A program made the position numbers and the translations under genes. A DNA stretch of 64,000 nt, from assembly GCF_001194135.2 (NCBI RefSeq), contig NC_068984.1:61695633-61759632 (forward strand), given 5' to 3'. Below, piece after piece: positions 61,146 to 64,000 of the stretch (position 1 is its first letter; the number at the start of each line of letters is the position of its first letter). The notes under the pieces were generated by a model. The model ran no database searches, was not told the DNA's origin, and saw only the letters and a list, made by a program, of their open reading frames with translations. Origin of the DNA: Octopus bimaculoides. Its lineage: Eukaryota.

Positions 61146-62559
61146 GTGTGCGCGTGTGTGTGTAAACCAAATATATCAAATGCGAGGAAAATATATTTTA
61201 TCATTTTTTAGAGGTTTCATATGAAAATAATATAACAAAATCATAGCCTGGATGACCTTAATGGCAATACCAGATATTTTTCAATAGTTGTTTTCCTATC
61301 AGATTTTCGACGGAGTTTCTTTTACCATACAGTTTTCAGCTAGTACATTATAGTGCCAAAGCCCAGAAGACAGAGATGTACATCAAGTACTATCACTACC
61401 ACTGTTGGAAATCTTCGACTGCTACTGATATGTTCTTAAACACAGTCTTTGCCGGATTCTAGGATAGCAAAAATGGCAGCTCAATACCCGAATATTATGG
61501 AACCCATCCTCCTCAGACAGCTTGCATATAGAGGGCCTTCCCCAATTTACTTCCTTAAAAAATCTATTTTAAGAAATCTTCTTTATAAATACATAAAAAA
61601 AACATGTCTCACATTAGCAAAACCAATATTCACACCTTGTGCATAAAACGAGCGGATGGGGAAAATAACAGCGAAAAATACAAATAATAAAAATGGAAGC
61701 TTTCTGTAATTTTATGTATATCAATAGACAAATAGAAATTGTTTGACCCTACGATGACCCGTCAATTACAGGGTTTTGTACTTGAGATTAAAATACATAC
61801 ACACACACGCACGTACACACGCACACACACACTCACACGCCCGCGCACACGCACACGCACACGCACACATACATACGCACACGCACATACAAGCAAACAC
61901 GCACTCATATATATTGCTACATCGTAAAGCTATTATTCTGTTAATTTGCTAGACTGGCCATATTTACGAAAAAATGTTTGGCGTCCAAAATTTTTATTGT
62001 TAATTTACTCTTTTAATCATACAATTTTCGCTTTGGCGTAATATCTCTCCTCAGATAAAAACTGATTTTCTTTCTTTCTAATTTGGAATATGATTTGTTC
62101 AAATTTTCTTGTTTATCATTAAAAGTAATCCTTTACTCTCTTTTTCAATATATTTCGTAATCGTCAGACTACTAATTTGTTATTTTTATTTTCGTGTTAC
62201 GTTCACAAAAACATTTCGCTGATGATTGTGATTTAGTACCTGTCACTGTTGTGTCTGCTATTTCTCAATTTGATTTTTCAATTTGTCTATGGCCACTGAA
62301 TTTCAGTTATATTTTTTTAGCATTAGTTGTTATTTCAGCGGATGTCTATTGCTAAAAGTTTCTGGTAATAAATAAGTGAACTCTTAAGAAAATCGGAAAA
62401 CATATCGAAGCAAAAATAAACTCAAGGCCGTCACTAACACCAACATATCGTAATTGCAACACGAAACACCCTCTTCGCTCACAAAACCGTTACATTTGCA
62501 GACACTATTTTTATTAACAAAAGTGAAAGTAGAATTGTAAACACAAATAACGTTACATG

Positions 62560-63676
62560 ATCAGTTGAAGTTTAGAAGGATCCGTGAAATAAACAGTTCC
62601 TTTCGAAATATATTAAGAGATGTTGAAGATGATTTAGAAGAAACACATGAAGCAAGATATCAAGCGCAGATATTTGCAGACAAACTGAACTATCTTGACA
62701 CTACTCTAATGCCTATGATCTACAATATCAAATGACATAACAGTAAAAAGTAAACTTTTCAACGAATAGAAGTTAATTTGAATAAGGTGGAGGATCTGAT
62801 TCATTGGAAACTTACTGAAATCGCATCGGCACAACTATGAAGAGTTGGAATTTGATGCCACGTAAATTATGTGGAAACAGACAATAAAGAAACGACAAAT
62901 AGACCAAGGAAGAAAACCAAACATGATGTAAATCTAGCATCAAAATTAGAGGAAGTTGTTCTTTCTGTAAGAGAAAAATTCAATTGCAGGACTTTCGAAA
63001 TAAGTTAAGGTCAGTTACTTGTAACTTTACAAATCACAGAACAGCTTATCAATCTGTGGATGAGAAGTTCAAATTTATAGTGAACTTATGTAATTTATTT
63101 AATGTAGAGATAAGAATAGAAACTGAGAAACTCACTGCCACTTTCCCTTGGGATATAAGTAATGTGTTCAGAGAAGAAATTGTGCGGTGCGCAGCCTTTC
63201 GTAACCTCGAGTCATGTTTCAGACAATCTCAACAGGCACGTTTAATCTATAATGAAGGGCTTGCTGAAAAATTTACACCTATCTTTGAGTCTGGTGGTCA
63301 TGAGTAGATCAGGAGAGAGACAGTTAGTAAGCTGGGACGAATAGCCACAATAACATAGGAAAGACTAAGCATTGTTCTAACAACAATACAGTTCACAGAA
63401 ATCAGGAAAGATTTTTCTCATAGAAAGTCTTTTTGTATCTATTGGATAAATGGTATAGTGTATTAAATTGGTAGAATTTATTGTACTTAGTTTCGAAGAT
63501 AATACTTTGCATTGATAGAAGCATTTTAATTTTATATATGCTAACAGATCAATTTCATGTAAAAAGCAAATATTGAGATGTAAATTTGGTGATTTTTCAT
63601 AGATTTTAATTTCTATTTAAGGGTACCCAACAGAACGCAAATCGTCACGTGCCCGCAACCTTTAAGCCCGGCCCTG
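62560..63676 (+). mobile_element. hAT-superfamily transposon 3' remnant
   Basis: Decayed transposase: AQIFADKLNYLDTTL; LEEVVLSVREKF; HRTAYQSVDEKFKFIVNL; SGERQ.SKLGRI..TIT*ERLSIVL (hAT dimerisation motif SxERxFSxL...QERL). Terminus ...TTTAAGCCCGGCCCTG at 63676. The 5' end was not found. Confidence 0.7.
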
Positions 63677-63677
63677 C

Positions 63678-63744
<67 letters not shown>
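63678..63744. repeat. (ATCT)n microsatellite
   Basis: Direct run. Confidence 0.95.
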
Positions 63745-63746
<2 letters not shown>

Positions 63747-64000
63747 ACTATTTGTATGTATATACACATATATGTATATATCTATATCTATATATTTATT
63801 CCACATCTTCGCGTTGTTTTTTTGTGTTTTTTCTTGCTTGTTCATGCTTGTATTGACTATATACCGCACGCTCACACGGACCCCGACCTTCTGACTGATT
63901 TTGGAGATACCAATTCCTGGATATACCAGTTCCTGTTTGGTGTTCATTCAGATTACGCCACTCTACTCTTGATTATATATATATATATATATATATATAT

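Overview
AT-rich, microsatellite-dense eukaryotic genomic DNA with 10 N-gaps. The SINE, LINE and Helitron content looks like an octopus genome (inference). Most of the window is intronic or intergenic and full of decayed transposons. These include a full-length Chapaev3-type DNA transposon (34976-37210, TIRs plus TAA TSD), a maT-like Tc1/mariner (19613-20866), a hAT remnant, four non-autonomous Helitrons, two MITEs, R4/Dong and HERO non-LTR fragments, a Penelope-like remnant with hammerhead-type motifs, and three tRNA-derived SINE families. No rRNA, true tRNA or CRISPR features are present. Only one convincing host coding exon is visible (45615-45745, minus strand, xHFIAGDFEYSEGDLENRDGYSKLFARKGVIPKKRGALNLGTTC). 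Phase-compatible neighbouring candidates would assemble a small secreted prohormone-like precursor I do not recognise; a USP Cys-box reading is the alternative. About 4.5 kb upstream of this exon is a dense regulatory module (50097-50497): six perfect AGGTCA half-sites, six GCTGAC motifs, an octamer palindrome, MEF2 and phased ACGTG sites. A large inverted SINE pair sits just inside the intron next to the exon. Other notable structures are (TAA)n-targeted retroelement stacks and a 294-bp fold-back MITE.
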